Source of the DNA: a virus
Strand: one strand, 5' to 3'
DNA: 45,771 bases
IMG/VR virus record: IMGVR_UViG_3300006114_000017
Coordinates: 1 to 45,771 of that record
This document shows positions 8,714 through 17,653 of this stretch, one piece after another. Each line of letters starts with the position of its first letter. Position 1 is the first letter of the stretch. Position numbers and translations under genes: made by a program. The notes below the pieces were generated by a model, which made no database searches, had not been told where the DNA came from, and saw only the letters and a program-made list of their open reading frames with translations.

Positions 8714-9087
8714 TATTCCTCGTTTTCGTGCGCTGCTCTGAGTCCTTCGTGGTAGCCAAGGTGTCTATCAATAGACTGTGTAAGCTTGTCTACGTGCTGT
8801 TCGATACCCATCAAGTGGTCAACCTTTGTCTCTAGGCGATTCCACTGGTCTTTAGGGCTCGAGCCACCGTTAGTCTTGAACTGGCTGAACAAGCGTTCAA
8901 ACTTCTCGTCTTGATCAATCTTGCTTTCAATGATTGACTTCTCAAGCTCATCCATCTTTTTGTCGCTATGGCGCACAATAAGCTTGTAGATGAAACGTGC
9001 CACAGTTGCAAAACCAGCTGCAGCAAAGAAGAAGTTAGAGATATAGCTAAACCAGGTATTGCTTGAATTAAAAAACGTGCCGAGCAT
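8713..9087 (-). CDS. Small membrane-anchored coiled-coil protein: N-terminal TM, charged helical C-terminus (124 aa)
   Basis: ATG at 9085-9087. ATGA overlap with the downstream gene. N-terminal hydrophobic segment is WFSYISNFFFAAAGFATVARFIY. Confidence 0.45.
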   Translation of the reverse strand: MLGTFFNSSNTWFSYISNFFFAAAGFATVARFIYKLIVRHSDKKMDELEKSIIESKIDQDEKFERLFSQFKTNGGSSPKDQWNRLETKVDHLMGIEQHVDKLTQSIDRHLGYHEGLRAAHENEE

Positions 9088-9275
9088 TATGCATCAATTT
9101 TTTCATAGATGCTATTTGACAAATCAAGCTTGTGGGCATTTCGGCACTTAATGCCTTCTCCCTCTTTGATAATGTCAAGCTTAACTAGGGGGCTAACTAC
9201 GTCAAGAAAGCTCTTCTTATTGAAGGCAGCTTTTGGTAGAAGACGAGGAGTCTCATTATTAAAAAGAGTGCTCAT
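9087..9275 (-). CDS. Small hypothetical protein (62 aa)
   Basis: ORF track. ATG at 9273-9275. Stop/start overlaps the downstream gene. Confidence 0.3.
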   Translation of the reverse strand: MSTLFNNETPRLLPKAAFNKKSFLDVVSPLVKLDIIKEGEGIKCRNAHKLDLSNSIYEKIDA

Positions 9276-9333
9276 GGATGTCTCCGTTGATTAAATATTA
9301 CACGTTCTACTAATTAGTGCAATATCTATTGTG

Positions 9334-11715
9334 TTATAAATCTTCCTTTGGAAGATCTGGGTGATAATCTCCGCTAATAGCAGGTGCACTGATCGCACTA
9401 TCTCCACCCATACTGTTGCCACCGGCCATATCAGCGATAGGGTTACCAGTATCTTCAGGGTTAGTAGGAGTAGGGATCATTGAGCTATCACCGTCAAGAG
9501 CATTAGCAAGATGTTGCTTAAATGCCTCTTCGTCAAACTTCTCATAGCTATTGTCAACAATAACCTTCATACCAGTAGCAAGCTTCATACGCTTACGCTT
9601 CTTCTGCTCAAATGGTACAGCGAACTTCATACGGTCACCGTATTCAACGCGACCACTAAAGTCATCGTAATCATCTTCGTCCCAACCAGATACGGATGCA
9701 GTCTTCTTCTTAGGTCCATTCTTAGGACCCTTCTTAGAAGGCTTAGGTTGGCTCTTACGCTGTTCGTAGCTTTCTTCTGGACGTTGACGTTGCTGAGCAG
9801 CTTCTTGGTTGATGCTTGGGTATACTTGTGCACCAGCAGCAGCGTCACTGTTGCCTGCGGCATTACCAGTCATATTGGGTGCGCTAGGTGGAGCTACAAG
9901 ACCAGCCATAGCACCTGGGGCAAGCTGTGCACCAAGCGATGGGTCTTCCATCATCGCTAGGTAGGCCTGGTATTCCTGTACATATTCTGGTGGTACTGGC
10001 AATTGCAGAACCATCAAACGGTTGAACAGTTCCTTCTTGAATTGCTGTTCAGCAACAACCGTCTTAATCTTCTCTTCCTTACGTGCATCAATCTCGTCAT
10101 CGAAGTCGATTGGGATATTGACAGCAAGTGTGCTGAGGGAGATGGGGAAGCCTGAGGCGCTGAGCTGCTGGAGGAACCCACGCTCAACTGTCTCATCTCT
10201 GAGGTTCATCGAACGGAATCTTACCTCTGGAATGGCCAGCTTGGGTCGTTCTTCAACATATTCAGCACCAGTCTCTTCATCAACCATGAGAACAGTTTCC
10301 ATAACAGGTACCATTTGGCCACCCACGTTACGCATCTCATAGTGACCTTGTCTTTCTGCTACTGGCTCCATACGGGAACGGATAAACTTCTCGATCTTGT
10401 GCTGGTAAGTACTAAGCATCTGAGTAATAAGCTCTCGGTTCAAAGCACCTGAAGCATAGGTACCACCCTGGCCACCCTGAATAAGGTCAGCACCGATACC
10501 GAATACACCCATGAGGTTTGTCTGTACACGCATGAAATCTGTGTCAAGACGAGGCATGCTTTCACGTCCAAAGGCGTTCTGGATCTGCAAACCGTGGTGG
10601 TATGTCATCAGACGGAAGTCTGAGTTAATAGCCATGGCCAAGTCGTCACGCAAAGACTGGAGCTCCATAGCATCTGGGATCCATGGACCGTCCTGGTCTA
10701 CGTCAGGAAGTCCCAAGGTAGCAAGGATAAGGGGAGAATACAGACGGTCAGCAATAGCGTCTTGAGCGGAGTTGAGGGACTCCTCAAGCATAAGAGTGCG
10801 AAAGGCACGAAGAAGAATAGGAGTACCATGTTCGCTCCACGGGTTGGTAGAGAACTTGATCTGCTTCATGATTACATCAGAAACAGGGATTTCCTTATCT
10901 TGTCTAGCCCAAGCCACAACGTCTGGATAGAGCTGCATAAGCATTGCATACTCTTGTGGAGGATCACGACGTTCGATAAGACGCTTGATCTCTTCAGGTA
11001 CCTTAACGTGGAACTGGTATGTTCTAAGAGCACGGTTCTTAGCGACGATAACGTCGTTAGGGTTGATGATCTCATCTTCTTCCCATGCACCAATACCATC
11101 GTGCCAAGAACCCATGGCGAACACTTCACCAACGGTCCAGTGCTCACGACCAAGGTCATAGAGGAAGTCTTGGTAATTAAGACCATCAAAGAACAACTCA
11201 TTATAGAAGTCAGAGATGCGCTTGTCGGGGTGTACTAGCTCGATGTCCAGCAAGGGGAAACGAGTATAGATGTCAATAAGACCAGGTACCAAGTGGTGAG
11301 TGGTGTAAAGAAGGCGAGCCCAGTCACGTATCTTACGAGTCTGCTCATCTGGGTCTTCCATGTTGAACCACCACGTGCGCTCACGCCAGTATTCAAATGG
11401 GTCGTGTAGCTTAGGAAGTGCCCACTGGGCATCTGATCCTGTAGCAGCAGCAGTTCTGCGGTTAGACGTTCTAGCCATGCCGTTCTCAGCAAGGAAGTCA
11501 GAACCTAACTTATTAAGACGTTGTCTACCCTCTGGAGGTCCACCCATTGCAGTAGCCATTGGACCAATGTCATTAAGCATTGATCCTGGCGTAGAAGCCC
11601 TATTGAGCATGTCACGTGCAGCGACACGCCCAGCAATAGGGTTCTTAGGAAGGGTGATACCAGATGTCTTCATGCGGCTAAATTCCGCAGAAGCACTCCA
11701 GTCGTTGGTAGCCAT
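9334..11715 (-). CDS. Putative portal protein (~793 aa)
   Basis: Large protein at the head of the morphogenesis block, with a long acidic/Lys-rich C-terminal tail. The first codon reported by the ORF tool is TTG at 11718. The ATG at 11715 was taken as the start. The call rests on size, position and composition. Confidence 0.55.
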   Translation of the reverse strand: MATNDWSASAEFSRMKTSGITLPKNPIAGRVAARDMLNRASTPGSMLNDIGPMATAMGGPPEGRQRLNKLGSDFLAENGMARTSNRRTAAATGSDAQWALPKLHDPFEYWRERTWWFNMEDPDEQTRKIRDWARLLYTTHHLVPGLIDIYTRFPLLDIELVHPDKRISDFYNELFFDGLNYQDFLYDLGREHWTVGEVFAMGSWHDGIGAWEEDEIINPNDVIVAKNRALRTYQFHVKVPEEIKRLIERRDPPQEYAMLMQLYPDVVAWARQDKEIPVSDVIMKQIKFSTNPWSEHGTPILLRAFRTLMLEESLNSAQDAIADRLYSPLILATLGLPDVDQDGPWIPDAMELQSLRDDLAMAINSDFRLMTYHHGLQIQNAFGRESMPRLDTDFMRVQTNLMGVFGIGADLIQGGQGGTYASGALNRELITQMLSTYQHKIEKFIRSRMEPVAERQGHYEMRNVGGQMVPVMETVLMVDEETGAEYVEERPKLAIPEVRFRSMNLRDETVERGFLQQLSASGFPISLSTLAVNIPIDFDDEIDARKEEKIKTVVAEQQFKKELFNRLMVLQLPVPPEYVQEYQAYLAMMEDPSLGAQLAPGAMAGLVAPPSAPNMTGNAAGNSDAAAGAQVYPSINQEAAQQRQRPEESYEQRKSQPKPSKKGPKNGPKKKTASVSGWDEDDYDDFSGRVEYGDRMKFAVPFEQKKRKRMKLATGMKVIVDNSYEKFDEEAFKQHLANALDGDSSMIPTPTNPEDTGNPIADMAGGNSMGGDSAISAPAISGDYHPDLPKEDL

Positions 11716-11727
11716 CAATTAGTCTTT

Positions 11728-11910
11728 CTATAGCCCGCATCCGCAAGACTCAATGCCAGGGATTGCTTGGCAACCACATGCATAGTTGACGCTTCGGGTA
11801 GACTTAATGATACCACCAGATTTGTTCTGAATGATAGGGTTTCCGTTAAAATCAAAGTTGGCACCAACGCGGCGGATAGATGCCTGTCTAATGTTTTGCT
11901 GTCTTTCCAT
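11728..11910 (-). CDS. Small Cys-containing protein (60 aa; CGC...CGCG)
   Basis: Fills the 200-nt gap between the 1054-aa gene and the portal. An 'AAGGATAA' SD-like sequence precedes the ATG. Confidence 0.3.
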   Translation of the reverse strand: MERQQNIRQASIRRVGANFDFNGNPIIQNKSGGIIKSTRSVNYACGCQAIPGIESCGCGL

Positions 11911-11919
11911 AAGTTATCC

Positions 11920-14900
11920 TTAAGCTTGAGGTTCGTTCCAAGAGATACGACCCAAAAGCTGCACACCAACACCATTAAGGTTCTGGGCAACTAGAGTCAA
12001 TGTATCTGGACCATCTGGGTAGATGTTCTTATCAGGTGTAGCGAGTGCTGCAACAGTAGAAGTACCACCGTTGAGGACACTGTTACCAAGGTCGCGGACA
12101 CCGGCAACGTTAACTTCCTGTGTGGTGTCTACAAAGAAACCACCGGTAACTTCACCAGCAGCCAAACCACTAGCAACCGTAACACCATTGGGTACAGAAG
12201 AGTAGTCAGCAATCTGGCTAAGCGATGAGTTCGGGCTGTTTGTACCAGCGACGACGTTTGTCCACTGTGGCAATGTTCCACCATTGATAAGCTGTGGCAC
12301 GCCATTCAAGTAAGCCTTGATAAGCACGTTACCGGCACCAACCCCCTGTGTACCAGTAACCGTAACTGACACGTCAAGCGTCTGCAGCTGCAACTGAACT
12401 CGGTTAGCCAGTTCGTGTGATCCAAGGATAGAACTTGTTTGGCTGTTGTCAACGCTAGGGGCAATACGAATCGACATCAGAGCCTTGGTCTGACCAGAAG
12501 CCAACGTAATTGGAGTAGTCTGACCATAGGTGAACAAAAGGTTGGCGTCAGGCGAGAAACCACCATCCATTGTTACTGCAGTACCCCAGTGGCTAAAGTA
12601 TGGGCTGTGCGTAGGCATTGCCAACTCAACCGTAGTGGGTGCGGTAGCAGAGTATGAGAATGCAGTTCCTGCAAGTCCCATAGCCTGCACTGGAACCGTT
12701 GCGCTGGCGTTAGTCGATACAGAAGCATTGCTAAACGTAATGAAGTTACCGCTGATGGAAGCAACGTATGTGTTGTCGGGGAACAACGTCGGTGCAGTAA
12801 CCTTAGAACCAATTGCAACACCGGTAATAGTTCCGCTACCAATTGGGCTACCAGACGTTAAAGAAAGCGTCAGGGAAGCAGGGGTAGCAATACCACGTGT
12901 CAAACCACCGAAGCTGCTAGCAGTTACAGTTGTGTAATTAACGTATTCAACACCAGTCGTGGCGTTCTTGATCGCAAGAGTGCCTGATGCAGGGAATGCG
13001 CTATTGCCAGCTGGATTCAGCGTATTGTTAACATAGATTGTGGTGTCTGTTGCACCGATGCCAGATGTGGTAGTGGTAATTGGTGGGATCGTAGATGTTT
13101 CGTAACGACCCGGCAAGTTACCAGAGCGCATGTAGGCAGTGGTGTTGATGTTGTTGTTAGCCAGCTTGTGGCAGAACATGATGTTACCATCAGTAGTTCT
13201 CAGGCCCCAACGCACGAAACCAGCTCCGTACCACGAGTAGTCAAGGTACCACATCTGCATCTTGGTAAGGTCAAGCTTGTAACCGCTAGGTCCAGTTCCA
13301 TCAAGTTTGTCGATGTTCCATTGCGACTGTGGCACACGGTTGTCGACAGTGGCTGTAACAGTCACGTAGTTGGCAGTAATACCACGGTAAGCAGGGCTAA
13401 TGGTGATCTGCGTATCGCTAGCGATATCAGTAACACGGTAAGAGCTACCACGGATAACAATGTACTGACCAGGGGTCAGCTGCTTGCTAAAGATGGTTGG
13501 GAAATTGCCATCGGTTGCAGTAACCGTTGTGCTACCGTTTGTTACAGTTGCACGACCAGCAACCTGCTTAATTGAGCTACGAAGAACAGCGTAAAGCTGC
13601 TGACCATCGTACTCGAAGAACATGCCATTTTCTTGGTTGAAAAGACCCATTCTCTGTACAGCACCGTACCAACCATTAACTGTGCAAATAAAGTTTGCAG
13701 GATAATCAGATGGTGAAGTATTGCCAAGAGTACCAGTAGCAGTAATAGTGAACTGAGTGGCATTAAGAATGTTGGCAATAGGGTATGTGCCGTTGTAACC
13801 ACTAGTAATTACACCAGCGATATTTACACTTGTACCAGGGGTAAGGTTGTGCTGTTCACGAGTTGTTACGGTGATCGTCGAACCAGGAGTTGTGCCAGTG
13901 GCAGAAATACCATCAACAGTGAATGCAGTGTTAAGGATCGTACCGGTGGCCATTTCAAGACCCTTACCAGACTGGTAGTGGAAGTTACGACGGGTTTGAC
14001 GAATAGCAGATTGGTGGTTGCTCAAGCTTTGTGGTCCGAACAGCACACCACCGTCAAATGGACGCTGAGCGAACAAAGATTGGTTGCGAGGAGTGATTGA
14101 ACCACCGGTAGGAGTACCACCAGGTGCGCTCAATGCATAGTAGGTAAGACCGCTAGCACTGGTAATACCAGTTACATAGAAGTTACCATTCGCAGCAGAT
14201 TGGCTAGTACCGCTAACGCTAATTTCATTACCAATGCTCAGGCCATGAGGAACGGTTGTCGTTACAGTAATCAAGTTACTTGAGTTGGTAAACGTTGGTG
14301 TACCGCCGATAGCAGCACCGGTGTAGTACTGCTGCTGCCAGACCTGAGTCTTAAATGGGTCAAAGAAACCCGAAGTACCACTAGGAGTACCAAATGTGTT
14401 TACTGTCTTGGCAGAGTAAGTGAACGAGTTTGTGCCGCTTGTTTCTACGATGAAGTTACCGTTGGCTGGAGCGAAGAAAGCATCTTGCACAGAGAATGGT
14501 GTGCCTGTGGCAAGGCCGCCACCACTTGTAAGAACAGTCACTGTCTTGCTGTTGGCACTCATAGTCATACCAGTTACGGTAAGACCATTAGTAGCCAGCG
14601 AAATTGGTGGGTACATGTTATAACCAGCAGGGTGCCAGTTAGTTGTGCCGAGAGCTTCCCACTTAGAAGTCTGGTTACCATACTCAAAGTCGGTGTCAAT
14701 CATCGACTGAGGTGTAGAGACGCGTTGCTTACCCACTGGGTCGTAAAGCTCTTCCACAGGAACTGTGCGTTGAGCATATTCATCAACTGTGATAGTGATC
14801 TTGTCGGTGGCAAGCATGCCAGATGTACCGCCGTTGAACACAACAGTAGTTACACCCTTGCTAGAAGAAGTAGGAAGATTAGTAGTGCTAGAAACCTGGT

Positions 14901-15084
14901 TAGAAACTGTAGCAGTAAAACCAGCTAGAGTAAATACAGGGTCACCAATTTTAAACAATGTTACGCCACGTGTAGTGTTTACTACGGATACAAGACGTTC
15001 CTGTGGAATATACTGGTTGATTACGAGAGTTGAAGTACTCGGTGTAAATACGTAATTATCGTAGTACGATGTTGTTTGTGCCAT
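11920..15084 (-). CDS. Large Thr/Ser/Gly-rich structural protein (1054 aa). Tail or receptor-binding/tailspike-like is a candidate function.
   Basis: ATG at 15082-15084 with an AAGGA SD. Composition is beta-rich and low-complexity. No ATPase or nuclease motifs were seen, so a terminase call is rejected. Confidence 0.45.
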   Translation of the reverse strand: MAQTTSYYDNYVFTPSTSTLVINQYIPQERLVSVVNTTRGVTLFKIGDPVFTLAGFTATVSNQVSSTTNLPTSSSKGVTTVVFNGGTSGMLATDKITITVDEYAQRTVPVEELYDPVGKQRVSTPQSMIDTDFEYGNQTSKWEALGTTNWHPAGYNMYPPISLATNGLTVTGMTMSANSKTVTVLTSGGGLATGTPFSVQDAFFAPANGNFIVETSGTNSFTYSAKTVNTFGTPSGTSGFFDPFKTQVWQQQYYTGAAIGGTPTFTNSSNLITVTTTVPHGLSIGNEISVSGTSQSAANGNFYVTGITSASGLTYYALSAPGGTPTGGSITPRNQSLFAQRPFDGGVLFGPQSLSNHQSAIRQTRRNFHYQSGKGLEMATGTILNTAFTVDGISATGTTPGSTITVTTREQHNLTPGTSVNIAGVITSGYNGTYPIANILNATQFTITATGTLGNTSPSDYPANFICTVNGWYGAVQRMGLFNQENGMFFEYDGQQLYAVLRSSIKQVAGRATVTNGSTTVTATDGNFPTIFSKQLTPGQYIVIRGSSYRVTDIASDTQITISPAYRGITANYVTVTATVDNRVPQSQWNIDKLDGTGPSGYKLDLTKMQMWYLDYSWYGAGFVRWGLRTTDGNIMFCHKLANNNINTTAYMRSGNLPGRYETSTIPPITTTTSGIGATDTTIYVNNTLNPAGNSAFPASGTLAIKNATTGVEYVNYTTVTASSFGGLTRGIATPASLTLSLTSGSPIGSGTITGVAIGSKVTAPTLFPDNTYVASISGNFITFSNASVSTNASATVPVQAMGLAGTAFSYSATAPTTVELAMPTHSPYFSHWGTAVTMDGGFSPDANLLFTYGQTTPITLASGQTKALMSIRIAPSVDNSQTSSILGSHELANRVQLQLQTLDVSVTVTGTQGVGAGNVLIKAYLNGVPQLINGGTLPQWTNVVAGTNSPNSSLSQIADYSSVPNGVTVASGLAAGEVTGGFFVDTTQEVNVAGVRDLGNSVLNGGTSTVAALATPDKNIYPDGPDTLTLVAQNLNGVGVQLLGRISWNEPQA

Positions 15085-15092
15085 TGTTTTCC

Positions 15093-15848
15093 TTAGCCGA
15101 AGTAGTTATGGTTGTTGTCAACACTTGACAATGGTGTTGGGTTCTCGTTGTAGTTAGTAACAACACCACCAGAGATAGTTAGTTGATCAGAGTCAGCAAT
15201 ATTAGGTTGACCAATACTACCATCAACCCATGTTGCTTCTTGGCCAATACTAACGGCGCTAAGGTCAACAAACAATCCAGGCAATGCCCAGTCAATAATA
15301 CCTGTGCCACCTGATGCTGTCAATCTATAAGCAGTATAAAATAAACCATCTGCGATCGGAATAGAAATCAGTGTTGGTGTAGAAGCAGCGGTAATGGTTG
15401 TTGTGGCTAAAGTTGCCCAGTTTGTTGAGCTGTATGAGCTAGCCGACGATGTGTAGTAAGCATTGGGCGTATAACGGTCATATGTGCCTTGCAATCTGAT
15501 TGTTGCTGTACCAGTCCAACCAGCTTCTGCGCTAAGCACAGCAGTAATTGATTGCAAGTCTTGAAGTGTTACAGAAGCATCAGGTGCGCAAATGATACTA
15601 ATATCAACTGCACCATTGCCATTAACATTAAGATTAAGACCAGGGTTAACTGAGCCAGGTTGCGCGTATGCGACATTACCACTCGTTGTCATGTAGCCAA
15701 CTGCTCCATTGCTGAATTGAGCAGCGTAGGCCACTGCAGGAGGGTACACCGCACCAGGTGTCCCATCATTACCATAATTGGTAACAAATTGACCCAATGG
15801 CCATGTCTTCTTTTGTTGCTTTGGGCCTTTACCTTCTGCGATGTTCAC
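15093..15848 (-). CDS. Hypothetical structural protein (251 aa)
   Basis: GTG start at 15846-15848, preceded by a strong AAGGAG SD 6 nt upstream. Confidence 0.45.
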   Translation of the reverse strand: MNIAEGKGPKQQKKTWPLGQFVTNYGNDGTPGAVYPPAVAYAAQFSNGAVGYMTTSGNVAYAQPGSVNPGLNLNVNGNGAVDISIICAPDASVTLQDLQSITAVLSAEAGWTGTATIRLQGTYDRYTPNAYYTSSASSYSSTNWATLATTTITAASTPTLISIPIADGLFYTAYRLTASGGTGIIDWALPGLFVDLSAVSIGQEATWVDGSIGQPNIADSDQLTISGGVVTNYNENPTPLSSVDNNHNYFG

Positions 15849-15857
15849 AATGTCTCC

Positions 15858-16538
15858 TTAAAGACTCATATAATCTATGCCTAGATCCGGCGTATCTGAT
15901 TGCTGGAGAAACTTCATAGCATTCATGCTAATGTCATCATCTGCAACGCTCATAGCCGGTGCATCAGCCATTGGTACTGACTGAACTGTCTGTGGCCTTG
16001 GAGCAGGAGCAGCTTGCACAGGAGTTTGTGCTGGTCTTGCCGTAATCGCCTTGTCTAACTTACCTTCAAGGTTCTTAAAGGAGTTAGCAACTGGGTTCAA
16101 TGAGTTCTTTATTGCTGATTCAATTTTGCTTATTGCTTGTTCGATCTGTGGACCAATTGGCTCTTCAGCCTTAGTTGACTCCGGCTTGATAAAGTACTTG
16201 TGTAGGACATCATTGCAAAGGTCCCAAGTTAACTTATCAACTCTTTTGCCAACAAGACGCATGATCCTTTTTGCCTTGTCATCCCATTGGTATTCATATT
16301 GATTGCCATCGTAGTCAATCAACTTTCCCCAACGGAACTCATCCTCAACCTGATCAAGGGTTAAGAACTCTATGTTAGCAATCTGATAAAGCTCGGGCTC
16401 TTCGTCTTCCCAGACTTCTTCCCAAGGGTCTTCATCTTCCCAATCCTGATCCCATGTGGGCTCAAACATTGGCTCTACAACCTCAAGGACCTCTTCTACA
16501 GGAGTAGAAACGATCTTAGTTTTTCTAGATCTGAACAT
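15858..16538 (-). CDS. Hypothetical protein with an acidic Trp/Glu-rich N-terminus (226 aa)
   Basis: ORF track. ATG at 16536-16538. Confidence 0.45.
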   Translation of the reverse strand: MFRSRKTKIVSTPVEEVLEVVEPMFEPTWDQDWEDEDPWEEVWEDEEPELYQIANIEFLTLDQVEDEFRWGKLIDYDGNQYEYQWDDKAKRIMRLVGKRVDKLTWDLCNDVLHKYFIKPESTKAEEPIGPQIEQAISKIESAIKNSLNPVANSFKNLEGKLDKAITARPAQTPVQAAPAPRPQTVQSVPMADAPAMSVADDDISMNAMKFLQQSDTPDLGIDYMSL

Positions 16539-16541
16539 GAG

Positions 16542-17105
16542 TTATTGGGCAATCACCAATTCGTAGTCGCCCTTGCGCTCTACAGAGGCAGTGCGGTCGT
16601 CCCAAACAACAGCGAACTCAGCATCACCAACGGCAATAACCGTACCGGCGATCTTCGTAGTGGGTGTCTCAGCAACGACTCGAGCATTGACCAAAGAACC
16701 AGTCTTAGCGTTAGCTACAAGACCAAGTGTGAAGTCAGGGTGAGCTTGGTTGGTACGGAAGCCACTGGCTTGGCTAGCAAGCTTGCTGGCAGCCTTAGCA
16801 GGGGCAAGTTGCAAGTCTTGTGTGCCAGCAACCTCGGGCTCCATAACCATGAGAGCACGGTCCTGAGCAGGGTTAGACAGGTCATTGCCCTGCATACCTT
16901 CATCAACATAACGCTGGATCTGGTCGCCCAGGCCCTGACGCTGCTGCATGTAGGCGTCCATGTTCTTCTCGAAGTGGTTGCTGTCCTGGTCGATGAAGTC
17001 ACCAATCCATTGCTGGCTAGGGTCCATAAAGTTAACATCGGGGTTGGCATCGGCTGCTGTCTTGTCGAACAGTTCAGCTACTTTAATATTCAAACGGGGT
17101 TCCAT
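16542..17105 (-). CDS. Hypothetical protein (187 aa)
   Basis: ATG at 17103-17105. SD 'CAGGAGAAACC' lies upstream. Confidence 0.45.
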   Translation of the reverse strand: MEPRLNIKVAELFDKTAADANPDVNFMDPSQQWIGDFIDQDSNHFEKNMDAYMQQRQGLGDQIQRYVDEGMQGNDLSNPAQDRALMVMEPEVAGTQDLQLAPAKAASKLASQASGFRTNQAHPDFTLGLVANAKTGSLVNARVVAETPTTKIAGTVIAVGDAEFAVVWDDRTASVERKGDYELVIAQ

Positions 17106-17164
17106 TGGTTTCTCCTGTGCGTGGATACATACACTACGGTATGTATTGTTGATAATTACATTGT

Positions 17165-17653
17165 CTACTTGCTAGGCGGATTCGGCGCACCTGTGTTATC
17201 AGCGTCATATTCCTCTGATTTATTAACACGGCTTGCTTCTTCTACAGCAGGCGATTTCTTCATTTTTGTTAAGCCATTTGGCTCTGGGTGAGCAAAATAA
17301 CGCATTTTCGATGCAAAAGCCCAAACATCATCATCTTCTTGAACGCTGGCAGTCATCACAGGCTGTTCAGTGTGTGCAGATAAATTATCTGAGTATGGAC
17401 TACGAAGATCTTTGGTAAGCAAATTCTGCAATGAGAAGTCATAGTTATCTTGCTTAGCACCACCTGAGTTCATCAGGCAATATCCGTGTGAGTACAGTGG
17501 GCGCCTACCATCGACTGCAGTACCGTCCACAAGTACCTTACCCAAACCATCAGTGAATGATGGCATATCACAGAAACGGCAAGGTACTCCTGCAGGAGCG
17601 TCTTTTGGCTCTACGTAGCTTCTTTTACGGTTCATGTTATCCCTCGTCTTCAT
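17165..17653 (-). CDS. Hypothetical protein (162 aa). An alternative start gives MNRKRSYVEPKD..., which matches the recurrent N-terminal motif described in the findings.
   Basis: ATG at 17651-17653. A second in-frame ATG 6 codons later starts right after the upstream gene's stop codon. Confidence 0.45.
   Translation of the reverse strand: MKTRDNMNRKRSYVEPKDAPAGVPCRFCDMPSFTDGLGKVLVDGTAVDGRRPLYSHGYCLMNSGGAKQDNYDFSLQNLLTKDLRSPYSDNLSAHTEQPVMTASVQEDDDVWAFASKMRYFAHPEPNGLTKMKKSPAVEEASRVNKSEEYDADNTGAPNPPSK

Noticed and set aside
11920-15084. Considered calling the 1054-aa protein the large terminase because it lies next to the portal
   Set aside because: It has no Walker A/B or nuclease motifs. Its composition is Thr/Ser/Gly-rich and beta-type, like fibres or tailspikes. 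The terminase is probably outside the window.
16545-17291. 248-aa plus-strand ORF 16545..17291 and other long antisense ORFs (for example 24413..25114 and 10762..11238)
   Set aside because: Each spans and opposes well-supported minus-strand genes and crosses their intergenic gaps. None has an SD or supporting context. They were treated as antisense artefacts.
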